The translations under genes were made by a program, and so were the position numbers. A stretch of 42,455 nucleotides of DNA from Flavobacteriales bacterium (lineage in GTDB: Bacteria; Bacteroidota; Bacteroidia; NS11-12g; UBA955). Position 1 is the first letter of the stretch. Each line of letters opens with the position of its first letter. Location of the stretch: the NCBI GenBank assembly GCA_947472115.1, contig CANIZU010000001.1:1-42455 (forward strand), written 5' to 3'. Shown here piece after piece: positions 25,695 to 35,775 of this stretch. The notes under the pieces were generated by a model that was given only the letters and a program-made list of their open reading frames with translations, was not told the DNA's origin and searched no databases.

Positions 25695-25835
25695 AATTTC
25701 ATTTATTAGGTCAAAAATTCTTTGCATTTCTGGTGGTTCGACTGATTCACTAAACACAATTCGAATAAGTGTAAAACTCTTACTTCTGAAAACGGAGAAA
25801 AAGTTGCTCGTACACTAAATTCGTTGGGATTCATC

Positions 25836-28559
25836 ATGGCCTCACGAAAAAAAAGTAAAGATACCAGACCCGATTTCCTACGCGATCAAGGCGATCGCAT
25901 TGAAAAAATATCGGCTAAAGATGTTTGGTCGGCCATCACCCTAAAACACGAGCCCACCCGAAAAGTTGTTGGATTTCTCTTGGTGGTTTTTGCGGCGGTT
26001 CTAGCAATCAGTTTTACCTCCTTCTTCTTTTCGTGGAAACTCGATCAGAGTTTGATGTCGCGGAGCGACGATGGCCTATCTTATTTTAATGGCGCGGCCA
26101 AGAATGCAATGGGTTACTACGGCGCCCAACTCGCGTTTAAGTTTGTCCACAATGGCTTCGGTCTCGCTGCCTATGCCCTACTGCCCTATGTAACGTTGAC
26201 AGGGCTTTTCCTTCTCTTTGATTATCGTCCGTTCTCACTGCTGCGCATCGCTGTACATACCATCTTGTTTACTGTTTGGTTCTCTTTATTTTTGGGTTTT
26301 GCGTTGCGATGGTGGCCTCTGTTGGGCGGATCCTTCGGCTTTTTTGGTAACCAGCAGATTGAAACCGCCATCGGTGGAGTGGGGTCGTTTTTTTTCCTTG
26401 CCGCCTATGCCGTGGCCTATTCTATGTTCTTCCTCAACGCCAATCCATTTGCCCGCATCAAAATGAAATACGGTCCGGATGGGGAATTGTTGGATCCTGA
26501 TTCAGATCTTGATGGATCTTGGTCGTCTGACGGAAATGCATCGTTGCGTGAAGAAAAAGCGGAGACATCGGATATAGATGAACCCTCGGGTTTTGAACCT
26601 AGCATCCATGAGGATTTTGCAGTGGATGATATAGATGAGGATGTGATTGAAGTGGAGTTGCAAGACGATACCCCGCTACTGTCGAAGGCTGAGCTTGAGG
26701 CCCTGACCCAGATATCTCTGAAAACAACAGAGACCATAGCGTCTGAAACAGTGGTTAAACCCGCCCCGCCTATCGTTGAAAAGTTTGATGATTTTGTAGT
26801 GCATCGCGGTGAAGAAGAAGAAATGGATACGGTCGCGGTGAATCAGCAGCCTCAACCCTCAGCGATTAAGGAAGAGGTGCTTCAAAAAGAGCCAGCCTTG
26901 ATATCTGAGGATCAAGAGCCAAATCCCGGCGCAGGCATAAATACTCTTTTGGGCGATGAAGACTTCCACGTTGAGGTTATGGCAGACGAAGCGGATGAGG
27001 CCGTGGATGAGAATACCGGCGACAATTCTATGGATCGGATGGGGATCGACACCGTGTACGACCCAACGCTGGAGCTGAGCAAATATCAGTTTCCGACCTT
27101 GGATCTGTTGGACGAGCATGATACGCGCAAGCAGGAAATCGACATGGTGGAGATTCAGCGGAGTAAGGACATGATTATCCAAACGCTGGAAAATTATAAA
27201 ATTGGCATTTCAAGTATCAAGGCCAGTGTGGGTCCAACCGTTACTTTGTATGAAATCGTGCCGGCGCCGGGTGTGAAAATTTCGAAGATTAAGAACCTGG
27301 AAGACGATATCGCATTGAGTTTAGCGGCCTTAGGGATACGGATTATCGCGCCGATACCCGGAAAAGGAACCATTGGTATAGAGGTGCCGAACAAGAATCC
27401 GGAGATGGTGCCGATGCGCAGTGTGTTGGCCAGCAAAAAGTTCCAGGACTGCGATTTTCAGCTACCGGTGATTTTAGGTAAGACCATTTCCAACGAAATT
27501 TTCGTGGCTGATTTGGCGAAAATGCCCCACTTGCTGATGGCAGGTGCTACAGGGCAGGGTAAGTCGGTGGGTCTGAACAGCATTTTGGTGTCGCTATTAT
27601 ACAAGAAGCATCCTGCCTATGTGAAGTTTGTGTTGGTGGATCCGAAGAAGGTGGAATTGACGTTGTTCAATAAAATTGAACGACATTTCTTGGCGAAGTT
27701 GCCGGGCGATGGCGAGGCGATTATTACCGACAATCACAAGGTTATTAATACCTTGAATAGTTTGTGTGTGGAGATGGACAATCGTTATAAGTTGCTTCAG
27801 GATGCTTTGGTGCGGAACATCATTGAGTACAATAACAAATTTTTGGCGCGGAAGCTGAATCCGAATGATGGGCATCGATTCTTGCCTTATATCGTGGTGG
27901 TGATCGACGAGGTGGCGGATTTGATGATGACTGCGGGCAAGGAGATTGAGACGCCGATTGCTCGTTTGGCGCAGCTGGCCCGTGCAATTGGGATTCACTT
28001 GATTTTGGCGACGCAAAGGCCGAGTGTGAATGTAATTACGGGGATGATCAAGGCAAACTTCCCGGCGCGGATAGCGTTTAGGGTGAGTTCTAAAATAGAT
28101 TCTCGTACGATTTTGGATGCCAATGGCGCGGATCAGTTAATTGGTCGAGGTGATTTATTATACAGCGGCGGCAACGAGGTGATCCGATTACAATGCCCAT
28201 TCGTAGATACCCCAGAAGTGGAGCGCATTGTGGACTTTATTGGTGAGCAACGGGCCTTCCCAACGGCGTATGTGTTGCCTGAGGTGAAAGAGGAGGGCGG
28301 TGTATTGAGCGGCGATGGTTTAGACTCTGGCGATTGGGATCCAATGTTTGAGGATGCGGCCCGGGTGGTGGTTTTGAACCAGGTGGGCAGTACGAGTATG
28401 ATTCAGCGCAAATTGAAGATCGGTTATAACCGGGCGGGTCGTTTGATGGACCAGTTGGAGGACGCCGGAATTGTGGGCGGGAACAATGGCAGCAAGGCGC
28501 GTCAAGTTTTGATCACCGATGAGCATAGTTTAGACCAATTTTTGAGTAATTTGCGTTAA
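25836..28559 (+). CDS. ftsK: DNA translocase FtsK
   Basis: N-terminal TM segments, an acidic linker, Walker A GATGQGKS, Walker B VVVIDEVADL, and the gamma winged helix STSMIQRKLKIGYNRAGRLMDQLE. Confidence 0.95.
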   Translation: MASRKKSKDTRPDFLRDQGDRIEKISAKDVWSAITLKHEPTRKVVGFLLVVFAAVLAISFTSFFFSWKLDQSLMSRSDDGLSYFNGAAKNAMGYYGAQLAFKFVHNGFGLAAYALLPYVTLTGLFLLFDYRPFSLLRIAVHTILFTVWFSLFLGFALRWWPLLGGSFGFFGNQQIETAIGGVGSFFFLAAYAVAYSMFFLNANPFARIKMKYGPDGELLDPDSDLDGSWSSDGNASLREEKAETSDIDEPSGFEPSIHEDFAVDDIDEDVIEVELQDDTPLLSKAELEALTQISLKTTETIASETVVKPAPPIVEKFDDFVVHRGEEEEMDTVAVNQQPQPSAIKEEVLQKEPALISEDQEPNPGAGINTLLGDEDFHVEVMADEADEAVDENTGDNSMDRMGIDTVYDPTLELSKYQFPTLDLLDEHDTRKQEIDMVEIQRSKDMIIQTLENYKIGISSIKASVGPTVTLYEIVPAPGVKISKIKNLEDDIALSLAALGIRIIAPIPGKGTIGIEVPNKNPEMVPMRSVLASKKFQDCDFQLPVILGKTISNEIFVADLAKMPHLLMAGATGQGKSVGLNSILVSLLYKKHPAYVKFVLVDPKKVELTLFNKIERHFLAKLPGDGEAIITDNHKVINTLNSLCVEMDNRYKLLQDALVRNIIEYNNKFLARKLNPNDGHRFLPYIVVVIDEVADLMMTAGKEIETPIARLAQLARAIGIHLILATQRPSVNVITGMIKANFPARIAFRVSSKIDSRTILDANGADQLIGRGDLLYSGGNEVIRLQCPFVDTPEVERIVDFIGEQRAFPTAYVLPEVKEEGGVLSGDGLDSGDWDPMFEDAARVVVLNQVGSTSMIQRKLKIGYNRAGRLMDQLEDAGIVGGNNGSKARQVLITDEHSLDQFLSNLR

Positions 28560-28639
28560 AATTTATTTTGATGATTTACGAGATATTGAAAGTAAAAAAA
28601 ATCGACGGGAATCGTTCGGGTTTGTCGTTGTTTAGGGCC

Positions 28640-29311
28640 ATGGATCGTGTTGGTTTTCAGGGGATGTTATTATTTTGTTTATGCGTTTTGTCTATTGTTG
28701 GATTGAAAGCCCAGCAGCAAAATGATCCCAAGGCCGAGGCAATTTTAAAAAAGGTATCTTCGGTCTATCAGTCGTATAGCACCATCAAGGCATCGTTTAC
28801 ATTAACCACGACACCTGTCAGCGGCAGGGCTTCGGTGGAGAAGGGTAATGTTTGGTTGAAGGGTAAGAAGTTTCGCTTGGACTACGGGTCTCAGGAGATT
28901 TATTGCAATTCCATTTTTACTTGGACGTATAGTACTGAGGACGCGGAAGTAACCAAAGAAAATTTCAAGTTGCGCGACAATAGCATAACGCCTAATGAGA
29001 TATTTACCATCTATAACAAGGGTTTCAAGAGTAAGTACGAAGGTCCGATTGTTCGCAACGGCAAGAACTATGATGTAATTCAGTTGGTGCCAAAGAATGC
29101 GGCCAATTACAGTTATGTTAAGTTAGAAATCGATAAGAGTACGAATAAGATTCAGCGGGTGATTCAGCATTACAAGAACGGCACCGAGGTGGCGATAGAG
29201 GTGACGATTTTAACTCCTAACACTGCTTTGGCCGATACTTTTTTTGAGTGGAATATGGCTGCACATTCAGATGTGACTTTGGTAGATTTAACGAAGAAGA
29301 AGAAGCCATAG
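28640..29311 (+). CDS. lolA: LolA-like outer-membrane lipoprotein carrier protein
   Basis: Signal peptide then DPKAEAILKKV...SIKASF, about 220 aa, and the conserved position directly after ftsK. The start is uncertain (28571, 28640 or 28664). Confidence 0.7.
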   Translation: MDRVGFQGMLLFCLCVLSIVGLKAQQQNDPKAEAILKKVSSVYQSYSTIKASFTLTTTPVSGRASVEKGNVWLKGKKFRLDYGSQEIYCNSIFTWTYSTEDAEVTKENFKLRDNSITPNEIFTIYNKGFKSKYEGPIVRNGKNYDVIQLVPKNAANYSYVKLEIDKSTNKIQRVIQHYKNGTEVAIEVTILTPNTALADTFFEWNMAAHSDVTLVDLTKKKKP

Positions 29312-29367
29312 TGTGGGTGAAATGGCGCGGTAAAATCGCAACTATTTTATCACATTAAATTAAAGAA

Positions 29368-29389
29368 AAGGGCCGCAAATGCGGCCCTT
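29368..29389. terminator. Bidirectional hairpin terminator between the convergent lolA and sucD genes
   Basis: GGGCCGC-AAAT-GCGGCCC, flanked by an A-run upstream and a T-rich run downstream. Confidence 0.75.
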
Positions 29390-29421
29390 AATATTTTAAA
29401 GAATTTGAATTATTTGTTTTC

Positions 29422-30303
29422 TTAAGCTGGCATTCTACCCAATACCTCTGCCATTTTCTTGCCGATTTCTGCAGGAGAGGCTACCACGTGAATACCGCAC
29501 TCGGCCATAATGGCCATTTTAGCAGCGGCAGTATCGTCTTTTCCGCCTACAATCGCACCGGCATGACCCATTCTGCGACCGGCAGGGGCAGTCTGACCTG
29601 CGATGAATCCAACCACAGGCTTGGTGCCATGTTCTTTGATCCAGCGAGCGGCTTCGGCTTCCATGCCACCACCAATTTCGCCAATCATGACAATGCCTTC
29701 AGTCTCAGGATCGTTCATAAACAATTCAATGGCTTCTTTGGTAGTTGTTCCGATGATCGGGTCGCCACCAATCCCAATTGCAGTACTTTGGCCCAATCCC
29801 AATTTGGTTAACTGGTCAACCGCTTCATAAGTCAAAGTACCTGACTTAGAAACAACGCCAATCGAACCTTTCTTGAAAATAAAGCCAGGCATGATGCCAA
29901 TTTTGGCTTCGCCTGGAGTGATAATTCCTGGACAGTTAGGGCCAATGAGTGTGCAATTAAATCCTTTGATATATTCGCGCACCTTCACCATGTCTTTGGT
30001 GGGAATACCTTCAGTGATACAAACGATGACTTTGATTCCGGCTTCGGCTGATTCCATGATGGCATCGGCGGCGAAAGCTGGTGGAACAAAGATAATACTG
30101 GTGTTTGCTTGTGCCTCGCGAACGGCATCTTGAACGCTGTTGAAAACAGGACGGTCGAGGTGTATACTACCGCCTTTTCCTGGAGTTACCCCACCAACCA
30201 CGTTGGTGCCGTATTCAATCATTTGTTGTGCGTGAAAAGTACCTTCGTTTCCAGTGAAACCTTGAACGATAATGCGAGAATCTTTGTTAACCAGTATACT
30301 CAT
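29422..30303 (-). CDS. sucD: Succinate--CoA ligase subunit alpha
   Basis: [35 protein letters not shown] and the phosphohistidine loop MGHAGAI. ATG at 30303; the track's extension to 30348 is not needed. Confidence 0.95.
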   Translation of the reverse strand: MSILVNKDSRIIVQGFTGNEGTFHAQQMIEYGTNVVGGVTPGKGGSIHLDRPVFNSVQDAVREAQANTSIIFVPPAFAADAIMESAEAGIKVIVCITEGIPTKDMVKVREYIKGFNCTLIGPNCPGIITPGEAKIGIMPGFIFKKGSIGVVSKSGTLTYEAVDQLTKLGLGQSTAIGIGGDPIIGTTTKEAIELFMNDPETEGIVMIGEIGGGMEAEAARWIKEHGTKPVVGFIAGQTAPAGRRMGHAGAIVGGKDDTAAAKMAIMAECGIHVVASPAEIGKKMAEVLGRMPA

Positions 30304-30363
30304 AGTTTTATTGCTCCGCGAAAATAACACAGAAGGGCTGAATCCCAATGCGGTTGGGAGAGA

Positions 30364-30951
30364 TTATTTCTGAACGGCCTCAGTAATCTCAGGGCCCATA
30401 GGTTTTACTCCGGAAGGGTAGTAAGCCACGAGTTGACCTTGTTCGTTGATGAGGAATTTGTTGAAGTTCCATCCCACACTGGCATCTAGGGCGCCGTTTT
30501 CTGATTTGTTGCATAACCAGCGGTAAAGCGGGTGTTGTTTGCTGCCTTTGACATCGAGTTTCTCGCTGATGGGGAAGGTGACACCATAATTTTTTTGACA
30601 GAACGATGCTATTTCTGCTGCTGCGCCGGGTTCCTGCTCCATGAATTGGTTACATGGACAGCCGATGACGATGAGCTTATCGGTGAATTTTTCTGAAAGT
30701 TGCTGCAATTCCGCGTATTGGGGAGTATAACCACATTTAGAGGCTGTGTTAACGATGAGGATTTTCTTGCCTTTATATTGGGCAAGGTCTAAATTGGCAG
30801 TGCCATCCAAGGTTTTTAGTTGGATGTCGTAAAAACTTCTGGTGGCAGCACCCGCTTGACTTGGGTCGATGGTTTTGGTCTTGCCAAATACGCAGGCTGT
30901 AATTAGGGAGCCAATGGCGGCGGCAACGGAAGCGATTCTAAGGATTCTCAT
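30364..30951 (-). CDS. Glutathione peroxidase family protein with signal peptide
   Basis: NTASKCGYTPQY catalytic-Cys motif, CNQF, and WNFNKFLI. ATG at 30951 gives a signal-peptide-like N-terminus. Confidence 0.85.
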   Translation of the reverse strand: MRILRIASVAAAIGSLITACVFGKTKTIDPSQAGAATRSFYDIQLKTLDGTANLDLAQYKGKKILIVNTASKCGYTPQYAELQQLSEKFTDKLIVIGCPCNQFMEQEPGAAAEIASFCQKNYGVTFPISEKLDVKGSKQHPLYRWLCNKSENGALDASVGWNFNKFLINEQGQLVAYYPSGVKPMGPEITEAVQK

Positions 30952-31078
30952 GTTGGAGTAACAAAGTAAAGTGAAATTTGGTTTTGTTGTAGATATAATA
31001 ACTACAGACATAATTTAGATTCATTTCAGATTTCTTATTTTTACAGTGGGTTTGTACAGCAATGTGAAAATGGCCAAA

Positions 31079-31086
31079 TATTTTTG
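31079..31086 (+). promoter_or_regulatory. Candidate -7 box TATTTTTG
   Basis: Exact TAnnTTTG match 14 nt upstream of the ATG at 31101. Confidence 0.35.
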
Positions 31087-31100
31087 GTTATTTTCGTGGA

Positions 31101-31985
31101 ATGCGATTGAATTTATCGAATAGCTTAGTATTGTCTTTGGTTTTTATGTTAATAGGATTGGGGGGGCTAATTTCTTGCAGTGAGGAATTGCCGCCAGTGA
31201 TCATGACAGCCGAGGAAAAGCCCTTACTAGATACTTTTTATGTGGGTTCGGTACCTGCGGCCTCGCCAAAGAAGGTTTTATTGTTTGATGTAACAGGGGT
31301 GCGTTGTAACAACTGTCCAAAAGCCGCTGTCTTAGCAAAGAGCTTAGCCTCAAGTAATTCGGGCCGGGTAGAAGTAGTTGCACTATACCCCAAAACCCCC
31401 ATGAGTTTAACCTTTCCGTGGTCGGGATTTGATACGATGAGTACCTTGGAAGCAGACCAAATAGCCACGGCCTTAGGTGGAATTACCTCCTTGCCATTGG
31501 GGGCGGTTGACCAGGTGGCATATAACGGAAGCAAGCTGTTAAATACGAGTGATTGGGGAGCGGCAGTGACGGCCCAGTTGGGGAAAGCATCGCTATTTAA
31601 TTTAAACATCAAAAGCACTTGGAAGCCTGCCGACGGTAAATCCCGTGTAGAAATAAAAGCGGTGGCCAGCTCGACGATTTCGTCCAATTATAAATGGGTG
31701 GTGGCCATAACAGAGAGTGGTGTAAAGAGTAAGCAGTCGGACCAAGATGCCCCCGGTGGTAGCGTGGATGATTACGATCATGAGCATGCACTGCGCGGTG
31801 TTGTTGGATCTACGCTGGGAAGCGATGTCAATACATCGTCAGTCTCTGCGGGCTATACTAGAGAGAAGCATTTCTACCTTTTGCCCAAAGCGAAGTGGGT
31901 TGCTGCCAACTGCGATATTGTTGTATGGATTTACGATGCCAATACCAAAGAAGTGGTCCAAGTAGAGCGTGTTTCTTTGAAATAG
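31101..31985 (+). CDS. Omp28-related outer-membrane lipoprotein
   Basis: Lipobox LISCSEE. VLLFDVTGVRCNNCPKAA resembles the conserved CxxC segment of Omp28-related Bacteroidota proteins. Confidence 0.6.
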   Translation: MRLNLSNSLVLSLVFMLIGLGGLISCSEELPPVIMTAEEKPLLDTFYVGSVPAASPKKVLLFDVTGVRCNNCPKAAVLAKSLASSNSGRVEVVALYPKTPMSLTFPWSGFDTMSTLEADQIATALGGITSLPLGAVDQVAYNGSKLLNTSDWGAAVTAQLGKASLFNLNIKSTWKPADGKSRVEIKAVASSTISSNYKWVVAITESGVKSKQSDQDAPGGSVDDYDHEHALRGVVGSTLGSDVNTSSVSAGYTREKHFYLLPKAKWVAANCDIVVWIYDANTKEVVQVERVSLK

Positions 31986-32052
31986 CTAAGAATATTTTAC
32001 ATATCTTGTGGCTTGTAGAAAGTTGCCAATTCAATTTTCTTATACATGAACA

Positions 32053-32967
32053 ATGACAATCCAGTCTCAAGCTTGGCTATCCGCCAAACAACGATTTAAG
32101 CAGTATTTGCAGCTAGAGCGTTCGCTCTCGTTGAATAGCGTGGAGGCCTACATCGCCGATTTAGACAAATTTGAGCTGTGGAGTATTTCACAAGAATGGA
32201 AAGGCCCGCTGGATATGGATCAGCAAAGGATTCAGAAATTTCCTCAATGGATTGCGGACATGGGGTTTCAAGCAACATCACAGGCCCGAATTATCAGTGG
32301 TGTGAGGTCGTTTTATAAGTTCTTGGTTATGGAAGATAGTTTGGCCGCAAGTCCCGCGGATTTTTTGGAGCCCCCCAAAACTGGACGAAAATTGCCAGTA
32401 GTCTTGAGTGAAGAGGAAATTGATGAAATGATATCGGCCATTGATAGAAGTTCAGCAGAAGGTGAGCGCAATGTGGCATTGTTAGAAACACTCTATAGTT
32501 GTGGTTTGCGGGTGAGTGAATTGGTGGGATTGCAGATCACTCAAGTACATGTCACGGAGGGTTTTGTTCAGGTGGTAGGCAAAGGCAATAAAGAACGTCT
32601 GGTGCCGGTGGGTGCTCGAGCGCTCAAACACATCCGCTTATATGTAGATCAAGTGCGAGTGCATATAAATATCAAATCTGGCGCTAGAGATATTGTATTT
32701 TTGAGTAAAAGGGGTGGGCCAATGAGTCGACAATCGGTTTTTTTATTAATCAAATCATTGGCCATCAAGGCTGGAGTCAGAAAAAATATTTCACCACACA
32801 CATTCCGTCATAGTTTTGCGACGCACCTAGTGGAGGCGGGCGCGGACTTGCGTGCTGTTCAGGAGATGTTGGGCCATGAGAGTATTACCACAACGGAAAT
32901 CTACACGCACTTGGATCGGAATTATTTGGCAGATACCCTATTGAAGTTCCATCCGAGAAGCGGATAA
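32053..32967 (+). CDS. xerD: Tyrosine recombinase XerD (chromosome dimer resolution type)
   Basis: N-terminal SAM-like domain (YLQLERSLSLNSVEAYIADL). Catalytic region HTFRHSFATHLVEAGADLRAVQEMLGHESITTTEIYTHL. Confidence 0.85.
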   Translation: MTIQSQAWLSAKQRFKQYLQLERSLSLNSVEAYIADLDKFELWSISQEWKGPLDMDQQRIQKFPQWIADMGFQATSQARIISGVRSFYKFLVMEDSLAASPADFLEPPKTGRKLPVVLSEEEIDEMISAIDRSSAEGERNVALLETLYSCGLRVSELVGLQITQVHVTEGFVQVVGKGNKERLVPVGARALKHIRLYVDQVRVHINIKSGARDIVFLSKRGGPMSRQSVFLLIKSLAIKAGVRKNISPHTFRHSFATHLVEAGADLRAVQEMLGHESITTTEIYTHLDRNYLADTLLKFHPRSG

Positions 32968-33016
32968 CCAATAAAGGTATATGGGGTTGAAAATACGAAT
33001 TGACGAAAGATAATTG

Positions 33017-34291
33017 TTACAATCGTGCGTCAACCAATTCTCTTGGTAAAATCGATTTTAGATCAAAGATGACACTGTTTTCATTGGATTTAAGCGCATA
33101 AAAATCCAAGTCCATAAATTGATCGTGAGCAACAGTTAGCAAAATGGCATCGTAGGTGTTTAGCTCTGTGAGGGGCTTGATATTGTGGAGATTATACACT
33201 TGCTCTGAATTGGCATTTGGGTCATAAACATCCACAATCATACCCACTGCTCTAAGTTCATGGTACACATCGAACACTTTGGAATTTCTGATGTCTGTAC
33301 AATTCTCTTTAAACGTAAGACCCAAAATTAGGACATGCGCTCCTTGGATTGACAGGTTTTTTGCGACCATCAACTTCAACAATTTATTTGCAACAAAAAT
33401 TGCCATGTTGTCGTTGACTTTTCGTCCGCTGAGTATCACCTGCGGTTTGTGGCCGAGTTTTTCTGCTTGATACGCTAGATAATAGGGGTCAACTCCGATG
33501 CAATGTCCACCTACAAGTCCGGGTTTGAACGGAAGAAAGTTCCATTTTGTTTGAGCCGCTTCAATTACGTCGGCGGTGTCAATGTCCATCAAATCAAAGA
33601 TGAGAGCGAGTTCGTTTACGAAAGAAATGTTGACATCGCGTTGGGCATTTTCGATGGCTTTGCATGCTTCTGCCACTTTGATGCTTTTTGCCTTAAAAGT
33701 GCCAGCTAAAATTATGGAAGCATATAATTGGTCAACCATTTCCGCTATTTCTGGGGTAGATCCTGAAGTGACTTTTTTTATCGTAGTTAAAGTGTTTACA
33801 CGATCACCAGGATTTATCCGTTCAGGGGAATAGCCGCAGAAGAAATCCACATTGTATTTGAGGCCAGATGTTGTTTCTAGCAATGGAACGCAATCGTTCT
33901 CAGTGCAACCGGGGTAAACTGTGGATTCATAAATAACAATATTGCCCGGACTGATCAATGTGCCCAACATTTTTGTTGCCTCTAATAAATGGCTGAGATC
34001 GGGGAGTTTTTGTTGATCTACTGGGGTAGGGACAGTAACAATATAAATATCACAATTTTGGATTAGATTGCTATCGTCGGTAAATTCTAGTGTTACTGAA
34101 TTAGCGATTGTCGAAATTAGTTCATCGGGGTGGACTTCTTTTGTGATATCCGTTCCGCTGTTGAGTTCAGAAATTCTTTTTGAATTCAAATCAAATCCAA
34201 CAGTAGAATATTTCTTTGCAAATGCTAAGGTGAGGGGCAAGCCAACATAACCGAGTCCAATTACTGCTATTTTTTTTTCTGTAATTGACAT
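33017..34291 (-). CDS. Nucleotide-sugar 6-dehydrogenase (UDP-GlcNAc/GalNAc dehydrogenase, TviB/WbpA/WbpO-like)
   Basis: Rossmann motif IAVIGLGYVGLP, catalytic-Cys region LVGGHCIGVDPYY, 424 aa. Confidence 0.85.
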   Translation of the reverse strand: MSITEKKIAVIGLGYVGLPLTLAFAKKYSTVGFDLNSKRISELNSGTDITKEVHPDELISTIANSVTLEFTDDSNLIQNCDIYIVTVPTPVDQQKLPDLSHLLEATKMLGTLISPGNIVIYESTVYPGCTENDCVPLLETTSGLKYNVDFFCGYSPERINPGDRVNTLTTIKKVTSGSTPEIAEMVDQLYASIILAGTFKAKSIKVAEACKAIENAQRDVNISFVNELALIFDLMDIDTADVIEAAQTKWNFLPFKPGLVGGHCIGVDPYYLAYQAEKLGHKPQVILSGRKVNDNMAIFVANKLLKLMVAKNLSIQGAHVLILGLTFKENCTDIRNSKVFDVYHELRAVGMIVDVYDPNANSEQVYNLHNIKPLTELNTYDAILLTVAHDQFMDLDFYALKSNENSVIFDLKSILPRELVDARL

Positions 34292-34294
34292 GGA

Positions 34295-35323
34295 TTATTT
34301 GGTATTAGGGTCTTGCCATTGGTTCCAAGTTTTTTTACCACGTGTAAAATAGCCCAAAACAATTGAATGGTTGATGCTGCCGGTTAATTCGGCCAGAGGT
34401 TTGGATGCGATATGGGTAGGAAATTGATCTTTAATACGATTGAATTCGAGGTGGGCCTTTACTATTTGTGGGATGTGAGACCATTTGCCTTGCAGTAGAA
34501 AGAATACACCGGCTAGGCCATCGAGCAGTTTGCGGGCAAAAATTCGCATCGTCTTCTCGCTGGGGTGTAGATTTTTGTGCAACATCAGCAGGTTATTTCG
34601 GAAATTGAGAAAGGTTTTGCGCGGACTTTGGTTGGAGAGGGTGGCGCCGCCAATGTGAAAAACGCGGGAGGCGGGACAGGACCAGATGCTATATCCCATG
34701 AGTTGAAGTCGCCAGCACAAATCGATTTCTTCCATGTGGGCGAAAAAGGCGAGATCCAAGCCGGTGGCGCGTTCCCATGCTTCGCGCTTAATAAATAATG
34801 CCGCGCCGGAAGCCCAAAAAATGGGCATTGGATTGTTGTATTGGCCTTGGTTGGTTTCGACGTTGCCAAAAATCCGACCCCGACAAAACGGATACCCGTA
34901 TTTGTCGATGAATCCGCCGGCTGCGCCGGCGTATTCGAATTTGTTGCGCTTATAATAGTCGATGAGGTGCGGCTGCGCCGCACCCAAATCCGGGTGTTGC
35001 GCAACCAATTCTAGCAATGGCGTTAGCCATTGCTCATCGGGCTCCGCATCGGAATTTAACAAAATAAAATAATCCTCGGTGCACTGCTTCAATGCCTCGT
35101 TGTATCCACCCGCGTAACCGGAGTTCTCGGACAGCTGAATGAATCGAATTTCGGGGTAATGGCCAGCCATGAACTCCGCACTTCCATCGGTGGAGGCATT
35201 ATCAACCACCGTGATCGTCGCGCCCGGGTACTGACTATTCCGAATCACCGTCGGCAAGCACTGCTGCAACAGGTTTCGGGTGTTGAAATTCAGGATGACG
35301 ATATTTATGGTTGGGGATGTCAA
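34295..35323 (-). CDS. Glycosyltransferase family 2
   Basis: NIVILNFNTRNLL, VVDNASTDGS, LLNSDAEP. TTG start at 35323-35321. The stop lies 3 nt before the dehydrogenase start. Confidence 0.85.
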   Translation of the reverse strand: MTSPTINIVILNFNTRNLLQQCLPTVIRNSQYPGATITVVDNASTDGSAEFMAGHYPEIRFIQLSENSGYAGGYNEALKQCTEDYFILLNSDAEPDEQWLTPLLELVAQHPDLGAAQPHLIDYYKRNKFEYAGAAGGFIDKYGYPFCRGRIFGNVETNQGQYNNPMPIFWASGAALFIKREAWERATGLDLAFFAHMEEIDLCWRLQLMGYSIWSCPASRVFHIGGATLSNQSPRKTFLNFRNNLLMLHKNLHPSEKTMRIFARKLLDGLAGVFFLLQGKWSHIPQIVKAHLEFNRIKDQFPTHIASKPLAELTGSINHSIVLGYFTRGKKTWNQWQDPNTK

Positions 35324-35332
35324 AATCTTATG

Positions 35333-35731
35333 TTATTTGGCGGCCGCGGCGGAACTTGTTCCGACGGCCGCCCCGCCTTTAAAATTGTGAAAGACAAACT
35401 GTGGCTCCGGCGCTGCCATCAAAAAGACGCAACACCGAGATTTAGGATTTCCGTACGCCTTCAAAAATGCACCCAATCGCTCCTTCTGTAAAATGCCCAA
35501 CTCCAAGAATCGCTCTATCGTGGTGGCATTGATCGAATAGGGGAATCCGAATTCGTCGCGGTCCACAATCATCTCGCCAATCTTCGCCTGCTCCTGATGC
35601 GCCACATATAAAGGATGCTCCGTGAAGCCGCCATCGACCATGTCGGTGCTCACCTCCAGTAAAAAATCATTCAACTCGCCCAATTGGGCCTCCAGAGATT
35701 TTAATTGGGATTCTACGATTGGATCTGACAT
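35333..35731 (-). CDS. Hypothetical protein, 132 aa
   Basis: Begins at the first ATG after the upstream gene's stop (MSDPIVESQLKSLEAQL...). It lies 9 nt upstream of the GT2 start and 44 nt downstream of the T9SS cargo gene. No family recognised. Confidence 0.5.
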   Translation of the reverse strand: MSDPIVESQLKSLEAQLGELNDFLLEVSTDMVDGGFTEHPLYVAHQEQAKIGEMIVDRDEFGFPYSINATTIERFLELGILQKERLGAFLKAYGNPKSRCCVFLMAAPEPQFVFHNFKGGAAVGTSSAAAAK

Positions 35732-35775
35732 TTTTCTGGGTTTAATTTCTGGGTTTGATGATCTTGATTCGATGA

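Noticed and set aside
32053-32967. The tyrosine recombinase as a marker of a mobile element
   Set aside because: Its sequence and length fit the housekeeping XerD. There are no flanking repeats, no tRNA target and no cargo genes, and the neighbouring genes are ordinary.
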